Source: Escherichia phage vB_EcoP-ZQ2. From it: DNA of 64,000 nucleotides. Below are positions 1 through 10,271 of the stretch, piece by piece. Below the pieces are notes generated by a model. The model searched no databases and had not been told where the DNA came from. It saw only the letters and a list, made by a program, of their open reading frames with translations. Position 1 is the first letter of the stretch, and the number at the start of each line of letters is the position of its first letter. The position numbers and the translations under genes were made by a program. The stretch is from the sequence record NC_070874.1; one strand, 5' to 3'.

Positions 1-156
1 GGAATAGGGTCATCGGAACATTACATACTATTTAGTATCATGAACTTTTTCTATATCATGACTAAAGTGTAACTGTATGGTATCGTTTCTTCAAGGGGTA
101 TCTCACCCCAAGAAAAGAATCTTCTTTAATAGACATAACTTTGTAGCGAGATAAGT

Positions 157-846
157 ATGAGTGAACTAACTAAGCAGCAGATTATTAATGCCTTACCTGC
201 TAACTTCAAAAACAGTGTGACCCAGGAGTTGGTAGACACAATTAACAACATAACCCAAGACCAACTAGTTGCTGAGTCCTTTCGTGAAAACTTTATCTCC
301 TACTCTGGTGTAATGAAGGAAGGTAAGTTTAAGACACAGGACTACATGAATGCAGTTCAGTATGTAACTTATAAACATATGGGCTACTCAAATAAGGAAG
401 CCTACTTCAAAACATTCCCCAACCGACAAGCAGAACTTGTTGCACGAGGAACCAGTGAGAAAGATATTAGTGCTTATGTATCTGCTTACCACAGGGGTAA
501 GTTAGTTAACCTCATCATGGAACAAAGTTTGGTTCCAGTGTGGATTGTGAACCAAGACAATTATCAGAAGGCAATCAACGTTCAGGTTGAACTGATGACT
601 TCAGCAGCAAGTGAGAAAGTAAGATGTGATGCAGCTAACTCTATCCTTACTCACTTAGCTAAGCCAAAGGACCAGGTAACGAATATCAATCTGGACTTAA
701 GAGAGAACTCCGGATTAACTGACCTCAAGGCAACACTTGCTGCATTAGCTGAACAGCAGATTAATGCAATCAATAGTGGTGTACCTACTAAAGAGGTTGC
801 TGGTTCTAAACTAGTACGAGCAGATGAGGACATTACAGATGTCTGA
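157..846 (+). CDS. hypothetical protein immediately upstream of terminase large subunit (N4 gp69-like position; possible terminase small subunit)
   Basis: 229-aa ORF overlapping the terminase ORF by 23 nt; function assigned by gene order only. Confidence 0.45.
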   Translation: MSELTKQQIINALPANFKNSVTQELVDTINNITQDQLVAESFRENFISYSGVMKEGKFKTQDYMNAVQYVTYKHMGYSNKEAYFKTFPNRQAELVARGTSEKDISAYVSAYHRGKLVNLIMEQSLVPVWIVNQDNYQKAINVQVELMTSAASEKVRCDAANSILTHLAKPKDQVTNINLDLRENSGLTDLKATLAALAEQQINAINSGVPTKEVAGSKLVRADEDITDV

Positions 847-2428
847 GTTAATTAAACAGGAACTAGATGAATGGCTAGACCAGGTGGATTACTCCCACCT
901 AAACTCTTCCAACTATGTTCCCAGTCAGTTTGCTCTTACCTTTGCTAACTTTATTAAGTTGGTTAATGGCAAAGAGGGTGAGTCCAACAAAACACCTCCG
1001 GTTCACTTAAAGATGCTGGATAAAATGATTAGTCCGAACCAGTACGTAGTTAACCTATGCTTCCGTGGTGCAGGTAAGACTGCTGTATTCATGGAATACT
1101 TTACATTGTTTCTGGCAGTGTTCGGTCACTTACCTAGCTTGGGTAAAGTAGAAGGAATGATTTACGTATCTGACTCAATGGATAACGGTGCTAAGTCTGC
1201 ACGTAAGAACATTGAGTTCCGTTACAAGAATAGTGAGTTCCTTCAGCAATGGATACCTGAAGCTACCTTTACGGATAACCTATTAGAGTTTCGTAATGTA
1301 GAAGGGCATCGACTCGGAGTTAAGCTGTTTGGTGCTAAGACAGGTCTTCGTGGTACGAAGATATATGGTAAACGCCCAACACTTTGTGTACTGGATGACT
1401 TGATTAGTGATGGTGATGCTAACTCCAAGACGAGTATGGAAGCTATTAAAGATACTGTCTATAAAGGTGTGAACCATGCTCTTGACCCTACCCGTCGTAA
1501 AGTAATCTTCAACGGTACTCCCTTTAATAAGGAAGATATTATCATTGAAGCAGTTGAGTCTGGTGCATGGGATGTAAACGTATGGCCCGTTTGTGAGAAA
1601 TTCCCGTGTAGTAGAGAAGAATTTCAGGGTGCATGGGATGACCGTTTCTCTTACGACTACATCAAAGCCCAATATGACATGGCAGTTAAGACCGGTAAGC
1701 TGGCAGGTTTCTATCAGGAACTTATGCTCCGTATTAGCTCTGAAGATGAGAGACTGGTTCAGGATAGTGAAATAAGATGGTATAGCAGACAGCAACTATT
1801 AAAGATGAAGTCCTGCTATAACTATTACATTACAACTGACTTTGCTACATCGGAGAAACAGACCAGTGACTATAGTGTCATATCAGTTTGGGCTTATAGT
1901 TCTAATGGAGATTGGTTCTGGGTTGATGGTGTGGCTAATCGTCAGCTTATGGATAAAAACTTTGATGACCTGTTCCGTCTGGTTCAGGAATACCAACCAC
2001 AAAACGTTGGGGTTGAAATCACAGGACAACAAGGTGGATTCATCTCACTTCTTCAGAAGGAAATGATTAACCGTAATGTCTTCTTTAACTTTGCATCCTC
2101 TGTGGGTGGTAAGCCAGGCATCCGTCCTGTAACCTCTAAGCTGTCACGTTTTAACCTAGTAGTTCCATGGTTCAAAGCTGGTAAGATGTACTTCCCGGAA
2201 GAGTTGAGAGATTCAACTATTATGGGTCTGTTCATGGGCCAGATTAAACTAGCTACCATTAACGGAATAAAGGGTAAGGATGACTGTATTGATACTATCT
2301 CCATGCTGGGTTATCTCAATCCTTGGAAACCACAAGCAGGTATGACTATGGTGGATAACAAAGGTGACCCAATGTGGGATGATGAAGAAGAAGATAGTGT
2401 TAACCCACTACGTTCATACATTGTGTGA
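824..2428 (+). CDS. terminase large subunit
   Basis: 534 aa; Walker A-like GAGKT and Walker B-like VLDDLISDGD; size and position typical of podophage TerL. Confidence 0.8.
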   Translation: MRTLQMSELIKQELDEWLDQVDYSHLNSSNYVPSQFALTFANFIKLVNGKEGESNKTPPVHLKMLDKMISPNQYVVNLCFRGAGKTAVFMEYFTLFLAVFGHLPSLGKVEGMIYVSDSMDNGAKSARKNIEFRYKNSEFLQQWIPEATFTDNLLEFRNVEGHRLGVKLFGAKTGLRGTKIYGKRPTLCVLDDLISDGDANSKTSMEAIKDTVYKGVNHALDPTRRKVIFNGTPFNKEDIIIEAVESGAWDVNVWPVCEKFPCSREEFQGAWDDRFSYDYIKAQYDMAVKTGKLAGFYQELMLRISSEDERLVQDSEIRWYSRQQLLKMKSCYNYYITTDFATSEKQTSDYSVISVWAYSSNGDWFWVDGVANRQLMDKNFDDLFRLVQEYQPQNVGVEITGQQGGFISLLQKEMINRNVFFNFASSVGGKPGIRPVTSKLSRFNLVVPWFKAGKMYFPEELRDSTIMGLFMGQIKLATINGIKGKDDCIDTISMLGYLNPWKPQAGMTMVDNKGDPMWDDEEEDSVNPLRSYIV

Positions 2429-2434
2429 GGAACC

Positions 2435-3145
2435 ATGCAGAAATTATCGGAAGTATATCGTGGCTTAGCACTAAGTACCTTGAAGGGTACTGGTGCAGTC
2501 ACGGATGACAGATTAGGCATTGAGCCAGACAGTAAGCCAGAAATATTGGCTGCTATTAATGAAGGGTTGGTACGATTGCATAGTCGTTTCCCTCTCCGAA
2601 CTAATAGCTGCATTGTGGAGATGAAAGAAGGTCGTACTGACTACCCTCTTCAATCTCGGTATGCTTACTCCCGGTTTACTAAACCTACTCTTGAGATTCA
2701 ATATCCATATATCATGGATGGGTTCATGAAACCTTTCCAGGATGACGTTATTAAAATCTTAAATGTGTTTGATAACTCTGGGAATCGACGTAGACTGAAC
2801 GACGACTCAGACCCTAATGCAATCTTCACCCCAAGACCTGATACTATTCAATGTATGCGACCTCGACACTTCGAGGCACTTAACGTAACTTATCAAGCTA
2901 AGCACCCAGTACTTACGGGTGATGAAGAACAGGAAGTTGACTTAGCAGACACGCTAATGACAGCACTTCATAACTGGGTGGGTTATCGTTACCACACTGG
3001 TTTGAATACTCCGGAAGCTAATGCTAAGGCAGTAGAGTATCTGCAAACGTATGAAAGCATCTGTGGTGAGGTTGTTGATTACGACCTGGCTAATGGAAGT
3101 ATTTCAATTACCGAAACTAAATTTGAACAACGAGGATGGCGATGA
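2435..3145 (+). CDS. hypothetical virion-associated protein (N4 gp67-like position)
   Basis: 236-aa ORF tightly packed between terminase and tail fiber gene. Confidence 0.45.
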   Translation: MQKLSEVYRGLALSTLKGTGAVTDDRLGIEPDSKPEILAAINEGLVRLHSRFPLRTNSCIVEMKEGRTDYPLQSRYAYSRFTKPTLEIQYPYIMDGFMKPFQDDVIKILNVFDNSGNRRRLNDDSDPNAIFTPRPDTIQCMRPRHFEALNVTYQAKHPVLTGDEEQEVDLADTLMTALHNWVGYRYHTGLNTPEANAKAVEYLQTYESICGEVVDYDLANGSISITETKFEQRGWR

Positions 3146-6100
3146 ACGCACATACCCCCTTTGATGCAAATCAGGATTGGTCTAATCCTTACTGTCAGAA
3201 CAGTTCCAATGATCCTATGGTAGATGCACTACTTGGTAATGCTTACCATGTGGTTCGAACTGTTTACTGTAACTTGGGTAACCTGAAACTTATCTATGAC
3301 TTCCTTAACCAGTATGGAATGGTACTTGGTGTACAGTCTGAAGCAGAACTTAAAGCACTAACAACCAAAGCTAAGTATGCACGTATCTATGGATTCTCTC
3401 GTGCAGGTGACCGTCAGGTAACTGACTACCTGTATGTGGAAGGTGATCGTACGGGTATTATTCCAGACGATCCAAAGGCAACCGGTTCGTGGATTACTGT
3501 TGCTACTTCTGGTTCTAATAGTGGTGGTACTTCCTCTGGGGAAGGTGCTTATATTCCTTGGGTATACGACAATGGTTCTGCTGCTGGTGGGGAAACCACA
3601 ATCAACGTACCAGATGGTACGGTAGGTGTACCTTTTATCATTATTAATGGGGATATGCAGTATGTAGGACGTGGCTTTGAATTTAATGCAGATAGCCTGT
3701 CGGTAACTCTGGCTCAACCTCTGGAAGAAGGTGATGAGGTAGTATTCCTTCTGACTGGAGTTCCTGCTGTACCAGATAATCCTAACGTTAATGACTGGGT
3801 TCAGATTAACTGGTTATATAACAATGGTGCTGCTATAGGTGGTGAGCAGGTTATTGCTATCCCTTATACCTTCCAGTCTGTTCCTGCTGTGTATAAGAAT
3901 GGGCTTCGTTTGTATAAAGGATTAGCTACTGAGTCATATACTGCTGACCCGGATAACCAACGTATACTTCTTACAGAACCACTGGCAACCAATGACCGGC
4001 TAATTGTGCAGATTGGTGGTGAAGCACAGGTACTGGAAACAGCAGACCATACCCTTCAGGAAGTTGCTCGTGCTACTAACGTTAAGGATAGTGAGGTAAT
4101 TCTTAGTACAGATACTACCCAGTTCCTGAATAATAAGAAGGTTATTTATTCTGTTAGTGAGCAGAAAGCATATGGATTACCTGTACTACCAACTAACGTA
4201 TTCATTCAGTCTGTAAGCAATGGCAAGTTAATTTACTCACCTGGATCCATTGAAGTAGACCTAATCCCCGTACCCAATTCTGCAGAGAGTTTGGAACAGG
4301 CACTGTCAGCTGAAAATGGTGCATCGTTGATTGTAGATAAACTCCCGTATGCTGGAGCAGTACCAAGAACCCAGCACGATATAAATTCACAATTTAGTAA
4401 TATTCTTGACTTTCTAGGCGATGGGTATGATGGCACTACGGATGCTGCAGGAGCCTTTATCTCTGCCAACACACTCGTTCCGAAAAGTAGAGAGATTGTT
4501 GTTCCAAGTGGGGTGTATCTTCTCAATAGTGACGTGGATTGTTCCGGTCGCCGTTTTACATTTGAGGAGCCTGTGACATTTACTGGTATTGGTAAGTTCT
4601 ACCGGGCTATTGTCAATAGAATTATGCCGGATGGAACAACTCGGGTTTCTCAGTGGGCCAAACCAGGAACTACCGAATATATGACGGCATCTGCTGTTTT
4701 CGGTGACAATGGGGCTACAGCAACTGGCATTCAGATTGGTGGAGCTGTGCCATACAATGGCACAGATGGTGTCATGATGTTTACCGATGGTAGCTCTGGG
4801 TGGTTAGGTGTTCGTGCATCTAAGTGGCCCCACCCTACGGAAATGGCGATATATCCAAGCTCTAAAGCTGGGTCATGTCAGACAATCTCAGGCAGTAATG
4901 CTGTAAAAAGACTGTCGGGTGCTAGCATTACGGCTGAAGCGATTGGGAAACCAATTTCCATCTATGATTCCCTATATACCATATCGACCATAACAGCAGA
5001 TGGTTTTACTGTTAAGAATATTAATGGAACACCCGTTACTTGGGGGTCAACGGCAACTCACTCATTCATTTTATGCTATTACAATGGTAGTGGTTTGTGC
5101 AGCGTATCTGGTACTACTGTGACACGTATTAGTGGCGACCCATTTGTAATTCCTGACCCGACAGTACCACAAACAATGACTATAAACGGTATTGACTACC
5201 GTGTAGTGTCTTTTACAGACCCTCAACATGTTACCCTTAATTCTGCTCCAGGGGATTCAGCGTTAACGGAATATAAATTCTGGGGCACAGTCAATAGCCT
5301 TAACTCTGCTCTTAGGATTCATCGACTCAATGCTGCTGGGTTTGAGGAAAATATTAGTCTCATTGCTAATAATGCTGGCTATTTTGCATTACACGCCGCA
5401 GCTGGTAACCCAGCCAATGAGCAGTATCCAATCTATATTGGGTCAGGTTGGGAAGATAACGGACAGATGCGTAAGAGTATTATCTCTGCAGGTAATGGAG
5501 ATGTAACTCTTGGTGGGGGTTATGGAAATGGGCCGTTATACGTGCCATATAATCAAACATCTGGCCGCCCGCAAGTCATGGTGGATAACAGTACGGGTAC
5601 AGCCACCATTTCGTCTACTGGCGGACCTACTCCGGATGCATCGTTAGCTATTAAAGCTAAGGGTACAGGTAGGGTTGTGTTTCACTCCGAGGTCGGGGTT
5701 AACGCTGCGATATACCCCTACATAGATAACGTTTATTCATGCGGTCAATCCGGGAATAGGTGGTCACAGATATGGGCATCGAACGCCACCATCCAGACTT
5801 CTGATGGGACGACAAAAACTGCAGTTCAAGCATCCGACTTATCTACAGACTTTATTCTTGGTCTAAACCCTGTTTCTTATAAGAACATTGTCGGGGGAAA
5901 TGTTGTAGAAGAGGTTGAAGATGGCGTAGAAGAAATTGAACGACAAGTGGTAGAAAAAGTTACTTCTTCTGAAGAAGTCCATGAACGCGTTGTTGATGGT
6001 GATGAAGTCTACTACGTTCGCAAGTTTGTTAACAAGGAAGTAGAACGACCAGTATTTCATGATGTTGAGCTGCGTGACGAGCTTGGCAATGTCATTGGTA

Positions 6101-6363
6101 CAATCAAAACACCATTGATGGAAAAAGTGGTTGTTCCAAAAACTCGTCAAGTTATTACGCCAGTACCAGGGAAACGGACGCACTATGGATTTATTGCACA
6201 GGAGGTTAAAGACCTCGTAGACGAATTAGGAATTTCCGATTTCGGTGGGTACGTTGAAGGTGAAGATGGTAAACTTGGTCTTCGCTACGGTGAGTTCATC
6301 TCTCCGATAGTGTCTTGCTTGCAGGATATTATCAAGCGACTGGAACTGCTAGAGAAAAAGTAA
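3136..6363 (+). CDS. tail fiber/tailspike protein with C-terminal intramolecular chaperone (peptidase S74-like) domain
   Basis: 1075 aa; C-terminal ...GFIAQEVKDLVDELG...LRYGEFISPIV... resembles the auto-processing chaperone domain of tail fibers and endosialidases; Gly/Ser/Thr-rich repeats. Confidence 0.6.
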   Translation: MAMNAHTPFDANQDWSNPYCQNSSNDPMVDALLGNAYHVVRTVYCNLGNLKLIYDFLNQYGMVLGVQSEAELKALTTKAKYARIYGFSRAGDRQVTDYLYVEGDRTGIIPDDPKATGSWITVATSGSNSGGTSSGEGAYIPWVYDNGSAAGGETTINVPDGTVGVPFIIINGDMQYVGRGFEFNADSLSVTLAQPLEEGDEVVFLLTGVPAVPDNPNVNDWVQINWLYNNGAAIGGEQVIAIPYTFQSVPAVYKNGLRLYKGLATESYTADPDNQRILLTEPLATNDRLIVQIGGEAQVLETADHTLQEVARATNVKDSEVILSTDTTQFLNNKKVIYSVSEQKAYGLPVLPTNVFIQSVSNGKLIYSPGSIEVDLIPVPNSAESLEQALSAENGASLIVDKLPYAGAVPRTQHDINSQFSNILDFLGDGYDGTTDAAGAFISANTLVPKSREIVVPSGVYLLNSDVDCSGRRFTFEEPVTFTGIGKFYRAIVNRIMPDGTTRVSQWAKPGTTEYMTASAVFGDNGATATGIQIGGAVPYNGTDGVMMFTDGSSGWLGVRASKWPHPTEMAIYPSSKAGSCQTISGSNAVKRLSGASITAEAIGKPISIYDSLYTISTITADGFTVKNINGTPVTWGSTATHSFILCYYNGSGLCSVSGTTVTRISGDPFVIPDPTVPQTMTINGIDYRVVSFTDPQHVTLNSAPGDSALTEYKFWGTVNSLNSALRIHRLNAAGFEENISLIANNAGYFALHAAAGNPANEQYPIYIGSGWEDNGQMRKSIISAGNGDVTLGGGYGNGPLYVPYNQTSGRPQVMVDNSTGTATISSTGGPTPDASLAIKAKGTGRVVFHSEVGVNAAIYPYIDNVYSCGQSGNRWSQIWASNATIQTSDGTTKTAVQASDLSTDFILGLNPVSYKNIVGGNVVEEVEDGVEEIERQVVEKVTSSEEVHERVVDGDEVYYVRKFVNKEVERPVFHDVELRDELGNVIGTIKTPLMEKVVVPKTRQVITPVPGKRTHYGFIAQEVKDLVDELGISDFGGYVEGEDGKLGLRYGEFISPIVSCLQDIIKRLELLEKK

Positions 6364-6440
6364 ATAGTTCTAACGCGTCGTTGTGTATGGTTTTATGAAC
6401 CTACTAGACCCAAAGTCTTAATAGCACACAAACCCCTCTT

Positions 6441-6461
6441 CGGAGGGGTTTCCTAGAAAAA
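6441..6461 (+). terminator. hairpin AACCCCTC-TTCG-GAGGGGTT between the two tail fiber genes (weak U-tract; terminator/attenuator or stabilising hairpin)
   Basis: perfect 8-bp stem with UUCG loop, read directly. Confidence 0.4.
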
Positions 6462-6474
6462 CAAAGAGGTTGTT

Positions 6475-8826
6475 ATGAACGAAATGTTCTCACAAGGTGG
6501 TAAAGGCTCCACTGGTATACTTACCAATAAGCAAGCCATTGCCCGTAAGTTTGGTGTTAAGCAGAATGAAGTAGTCTACTTTGCTGTAGGTGTAGACTTA
6601 GGTGGTTACAAAGTAATCTATGATAAGACTACCCAGCGTGCTTACTCATTGCCCGTACTTCCTTCAGGAACCACTGCTGTAAGTCTTAGCAACCAGGCAG
6701 TCCTGGTTCATTCAGCAGGTACAGTTGATTTAGGGGAACTGGCTGCTACATGCAGGGAGTTCGTGAACTTGTCTGACACGTTTGCTACTGGTTTGGTGGT
6801 AAATACTAGAAATGAATTACTATTTCATAATGGTATAGGTTATTCATATTTAGGTTCTCTACCTGTAACTATTACCGCAGGAACTAACCCTGTTGGCAAT
6901 GCAGACTGGAAGCCACAAACTGATCCTAATTTGAGAGAAGATTTATCTTCACCTGACCTAAATAAGGGAGCTTCTCTTGTTACTTTCCACTACTTAGGCG
7001 ATACGGTGGAAAGCACATTAGGTAACATTCAATCAGTACCTTTTGAGCATTTCGGCGGCGGAACCTCAAAAACTGGGGAAGAAAACACCGCTGCTTTGAA
7101 AGCGGCTATCTCTTCACAGTTTAAGCACATTTGGTTTAATAACGGTCCCTATACTTTCTCTGGGGATACTAATTTTACTGGAATCAATGGTAAAATTTTT
7201 GAGTCTAATACAAACGCTGCTTTTGTTTTCTCAGGTTTATTTTTTAACTTCAAATCTCCAGTGGACACCGAGTTCAGGGGGATCACGTTCAGTGCTCCTC
7301 CTACCAATACGGTGTTAAACTCCGTGACTCTTAGTAACTTCACTAATATTAAATTTACTAAGTGTAAGTTTCTTGGTTTTGGGGGAGACACTACAAATAC
7401 CGCAGGTAGTGCAGCACTCATACTTTATGCTGGTGATTCCGAGACGGCCCAGTATGCTGCTGGTAGTTCTACTGGTGCTGTTCTTGATGGGTGCTATTTT
7501 GACGGCCTTCGCGACCGTTTGTGTAACTTCGCGGTTAGGGTCTACACAGAATTTACTGTGCCGACTGCATCTATTGCAACTAATTCCAATAATAAAATCA
7601 TTAACTGTGATTTTGTCGGGCATAACTGGAACGCAGTTGAAATAGCCGGGCCTAGTACCCACAGCAACATTGTTAGTAACTGTTCAGCTACTAACCCAGG
7701 ACTGTGCCCATTTGACCTGGATAAAGGGACGCACGATAACATCGTAGAAAATATTACGATACGTAATTTGAAAGGAGACCTTGGCGTAAGTGGGTTCACC
7801 CGCGCGTCGGCTGTCAACATTCAGGGTGCCACTGCTGACACCTACTTTGCATACAATAACACCGTTAGAAATGTAACATGTGTCACAACTAAGGATAATA
7901 TCGACGCGTATAACGCCACCGGTTTTGGTTCCGGGTTCGCTGCTGTTAGTCTGGCATACTGCTACAACAACTTTGTAGATAATGTCACTATGACATGTAA
8001 CGGTGGTGTTCCGACCAAACCATCAAATGGCACAATGGCATTCTGTCATCTCACGTTTGAATCTATATCCGGGTGTACCGTTAATCGGGTGTCTACGGTT
8101 AACGCGTCTCATGGCATATTAATGACTTCATTCAAAAGTCAATCTATGTCGGCACTTAACGAGCCAAATCATTTTTCCACGTTCCGTAACTCTGGGGCCA
8201 ACCTAGAAGGTGAAATATTTTACGGGTATGCTACCGCAGCGGGTAGTCCATTGAAGATTATCCTCAATGACATAGACCTAACTACATCTGGTGCTCAAAG
8301 TAACCTTACGTACAACGGACACAAATATGCAATTGTGTACCGCACAGCTGGAAGCTCTGTTAACTATTTAAGGATTGAGGAAAGCCGCATCGGATTAGCT
8401 ACTGATTCTAATCTCTGGTTTGCTATGTGCACAGGGCCGCAAATTGGTTTGCGAGAGGTGCAAATCCACGATGGCAACGGTACAGCGAATGTTAATAGTC
8501 GTTTTATGGAATCCAATGGTTTGTCATTAATAACAAATATTGCTATCGATAACGTATATGGGGATCTAGAGAGAAAACCTATCCAGATACAGACGGCGTT
8601 AGCCGGGCTGACGGGTGGTACGTTTAAACTTGTTGGTGGGATTTCGGATAGTGGGTTACCACAATCTAGACCTGTTACGTTATTCGCCAATTCAGCAACC
8701 ACATTCCCATCAGCTGCTCAGTTTGATACGAATATAATCTTACGTCGTACATCGGCTACTACGGGCCAAGCGTGGGGATGGATTAGCACAGGAACAGCGT
8801 GGGCAGCGTTAGGCTCACTGACGTAG
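6475..8826 (+). CDS. tailspike / receptor-binding protein, probable right-handed beta-helix
   Basis: 783 aa; repetitive N/T/G/V-rich beta-solenoid-like sequence (NIVSNC, NIVENITIRN); position after first fiber gene. Confidence 0.5.
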   Translation: MNEMFSQGGKGSTGILTNKQAIARKFGVKQNEVVYFAVGVDLGGYKVIYDKTTQRAYSLPVLPSGTTAVSLSNQAVLVHSAGTVDLGELAATCREFVNLSDTFATGLVVNTRNELLFHNGIGYSYLGSLPVTITAGTNPVGNADWKPQTDPNLREDLSSPDLNKGASLVTFHYLGDTVESTLGNIQSVPFEHFGGGTSKTGEENTAALKAAISSQFKHIWFNNGPYTFSGDTNFTGINGKIFESNTNAAFVFSGLFFNFKSPVDTEFRGITFSAPPTNTVLNSVTLSNFTNIKFTKCKFLGFGGDTTNTAGSAALILYAGDSETAQYAAGSSTGAVLDGCYFDGLRDRLCNFAVRVYTEFTVPTASIATNSNNKIINCDFVGHNWNAVEIAGPSTHSNIVSNCSATNPGLCPFDLDKGTHDNIVENITIRNLKGDLGVSGFTRASAVNIQGATADTYFAYNNTVRNVTCVTTKDNIDAYNATGFGSGFAAVSLAYCYNNFVDNVTMTCNGGVPTKPSNGTMAFCHLTFESISGCTVNRVSTVNASHGILMTSFKSQSMSALNEPNHFSTFRNSGANLEGEIFYGYATAAGSPLKIILNDIDLTTSGAQSNLTYNGHKYAIVYRTAGSSVNYLRIEESRIGLATDSNLWFAMCTGPQIGLREVQIHDGNGTANVNSRFMESNGLSLITNIAIDNVYGDLERKPIQIQTALAGLTGGTFKLVGGISDSGLPQSRPVTLFANSATTFPSAAQFDTNIILRRTSATTGQAWGWISTGTAWAALGSLT

Positions 8827-8834
8827 TAAAATAA

Positions 8835-8858
8835 AAGGCCCATTTGGGCCTTTTCTTA
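8835..8858 (+). terminator. rho-independent terminator
   Basis: AAAGGCCC-ATTT-GGGCCTTT hairpin followed by T-run, 9 nt after tailspike stop. Confidence 0.65.
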
Positions 8859-9071
8859 TATAGAGTTTACTGTTTGCATTACCCTAACTGATACTGCTGT
8901 TAGGGTAATTACTTGCCCAAAGATATTAAGCATACCTAGCTGAATACCATCCCCCATGTATTGATGCCAGACACTATGTCTGGATGTACCCCAACATACT
9001 AAGTATTATCTAAGAGTCATCTTATGATATGGCCCTATTGGGAATTCTAACTACACAACTACGGTAATATT

Positions 9072-9401
9072 ATGAATGAATCAGGTGAACTGCTTCTAGT
9101 CAGACTGGAGGAACGATTGAAGACTCTGTTTGATAACCAGGCAAGAGACAGACAGGACCGTGAGAAACTAGAGGAAACTCTGGTGGAACTACGGGATTCA
9201 ATCAATGACATAGGTAATAGACTAAAGAATGTGGAGGATAGCTTAGCTAAGAATGAACCTACTATTGAAGAGTTCATCACCATTAAGCATAAAGTTGTTG
9301 GTGCTGGAATTTTTGGTAAGTGGGTATGGGCTGGGGCAGGTGCAATTATTGGTGTATTGGCTGCTGCAAGACGGGAGATATTCGCATGGTTCGCAGGCTA
9401 A
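9072..9401 (+). CDS. lysis-cassette membrane protein (holin/antiholin candidate)
   Basis: 109 aa; N-terminal coiled coil plus C-terminal hydrophobic segment GAGIFGKWVWAGAGAIIGVLAAA; stop overlaps next start. Confidence 0.4.
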   Translation: MNESGELLLVRLEERLKTLFDNQARDRQDREKLEETLVELRDSINDIGNRLKNVEDSLAKNEPTIEEFITIKHKVVGAGIFGKWVWAGAGAIIGVLAAARREIFAWFAG

Positions 9402-9646
9402 AAAGAAAAGTAGAGTTAGTACCTAACTGGAAAAGATGCTGGAAATGGGCATCCATTCAGATTAGTACACTCGGGTTAATTATGTTTTCTGCCATAGATA
9501 TCATTCAACCAATGCTGACAGGATTACCTCGTCACATCCTAGAAGATATTCCCCATGGTTCCAATATTGCAATCGCACTGTTTGCCTTAAGCATCGTAGG
9601 CAGATTAATACGATTCCGTCCGAAGGAAGATTCACATGAAAGCTAA
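9386..9646 (+). CDS. putative holin (two TMD, pinholin-like)
   Basis: 86 aa from internal ATG of ORF 9320..9646; two hydrophobic helices; directly upstream of and overlapping the endolysin start. Confidence 0.45.
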   Translation: MVRRLKRKVELVPNWKRCWKWASIQISTLGLIMFSAIDIIQPMLTGLPRHILEDIPHGSNIAIALFALSIVGRLIRFRPKEDSHES

Positions 9647-10271
9647 ACAGAAACTTGCTGCGAAAGGTGGTGCAGTGGGAGGGGTTGTCGCTGCTATCCT
9701 GGGGGCAGTGTTCTATATGGAAGGGGGATATGTAAACAATCCTCGTGACCCAGGTGGTGAAACCAATCATGGCATTACCCAGGCAGTAGCTAAATCTCAC
9801 AAAGAAGTTCTGGCTACTGAATACGGCTGGGATGGTTCTATGAAAGGTTTATCTAAAGAGATGGCTGCTGAGATATACATTGATGACTACGTACTTAAGC
9901 CTAACTTCGTAGCTTTCGCTGATATATCTCCTGCTGTAACTCATAAGCTGATAGATGCTGGTGTTAACACTGGTGTAACTCGTCCAGCTAAGTGGTTGCA
10001 GTTATCTCTTAATGAAATGTCCCGTGATGGCAAAGACTACCCTAAAATACAGGTTGATGGTAAAGTCGGTACAAGCACTGTTAATGCATATAAAGCATTA
10101 CAGAAAAAACGAGGCAAAGTTGCAGCATGTCAGGTAATGATTAAATTACTAGATGCTAAACAACTAAACCACTACACCTCATTAAACATGCCAGACTTTA
10201 CATATGGTTGGGTAGCTAACCGAATAGGCAATGTGCCACTGGAGGCGTGTAATGAAGATGCTAATCTCTAA
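9636..10271 (+). CDS. endolysin, GH108-type N-acetylmuramidase with N-terminal signal-anchor (SAR-like) region
   Basis: EGGYVNNPRDPGGETNHGIT motif typical of GH108; Gly/Ala-rich weakly hydrophobic N-terminus. Confidence 0.7.
   Translation: MKAKQKLAAKGGAVGGVVAAILGAVFYMEGGYVNNPRDPGGETNHGITQAVAKSHKEVLATEYGWDGSMKGLSKEMAAEIYIDDYVLKPNFVAFADISPAVTHKLIDAGVNTGVTRPAKWLQLSLNEMSRDGKDYPKIQVDGKVGTSTVNAYKALQKKRGKVAACQVMIKLLDAKQLNHYTSLNMPDFTYGWVANRIGNVPLEACNEDANL

Noticed and set aside
1-156. Window start as genome terminus or terminal repeat
   Set aside because: Only 156 nt, with one short hairpin (GGGGT-ATCTC-ACCCC); cannot be assessed without the other genome end
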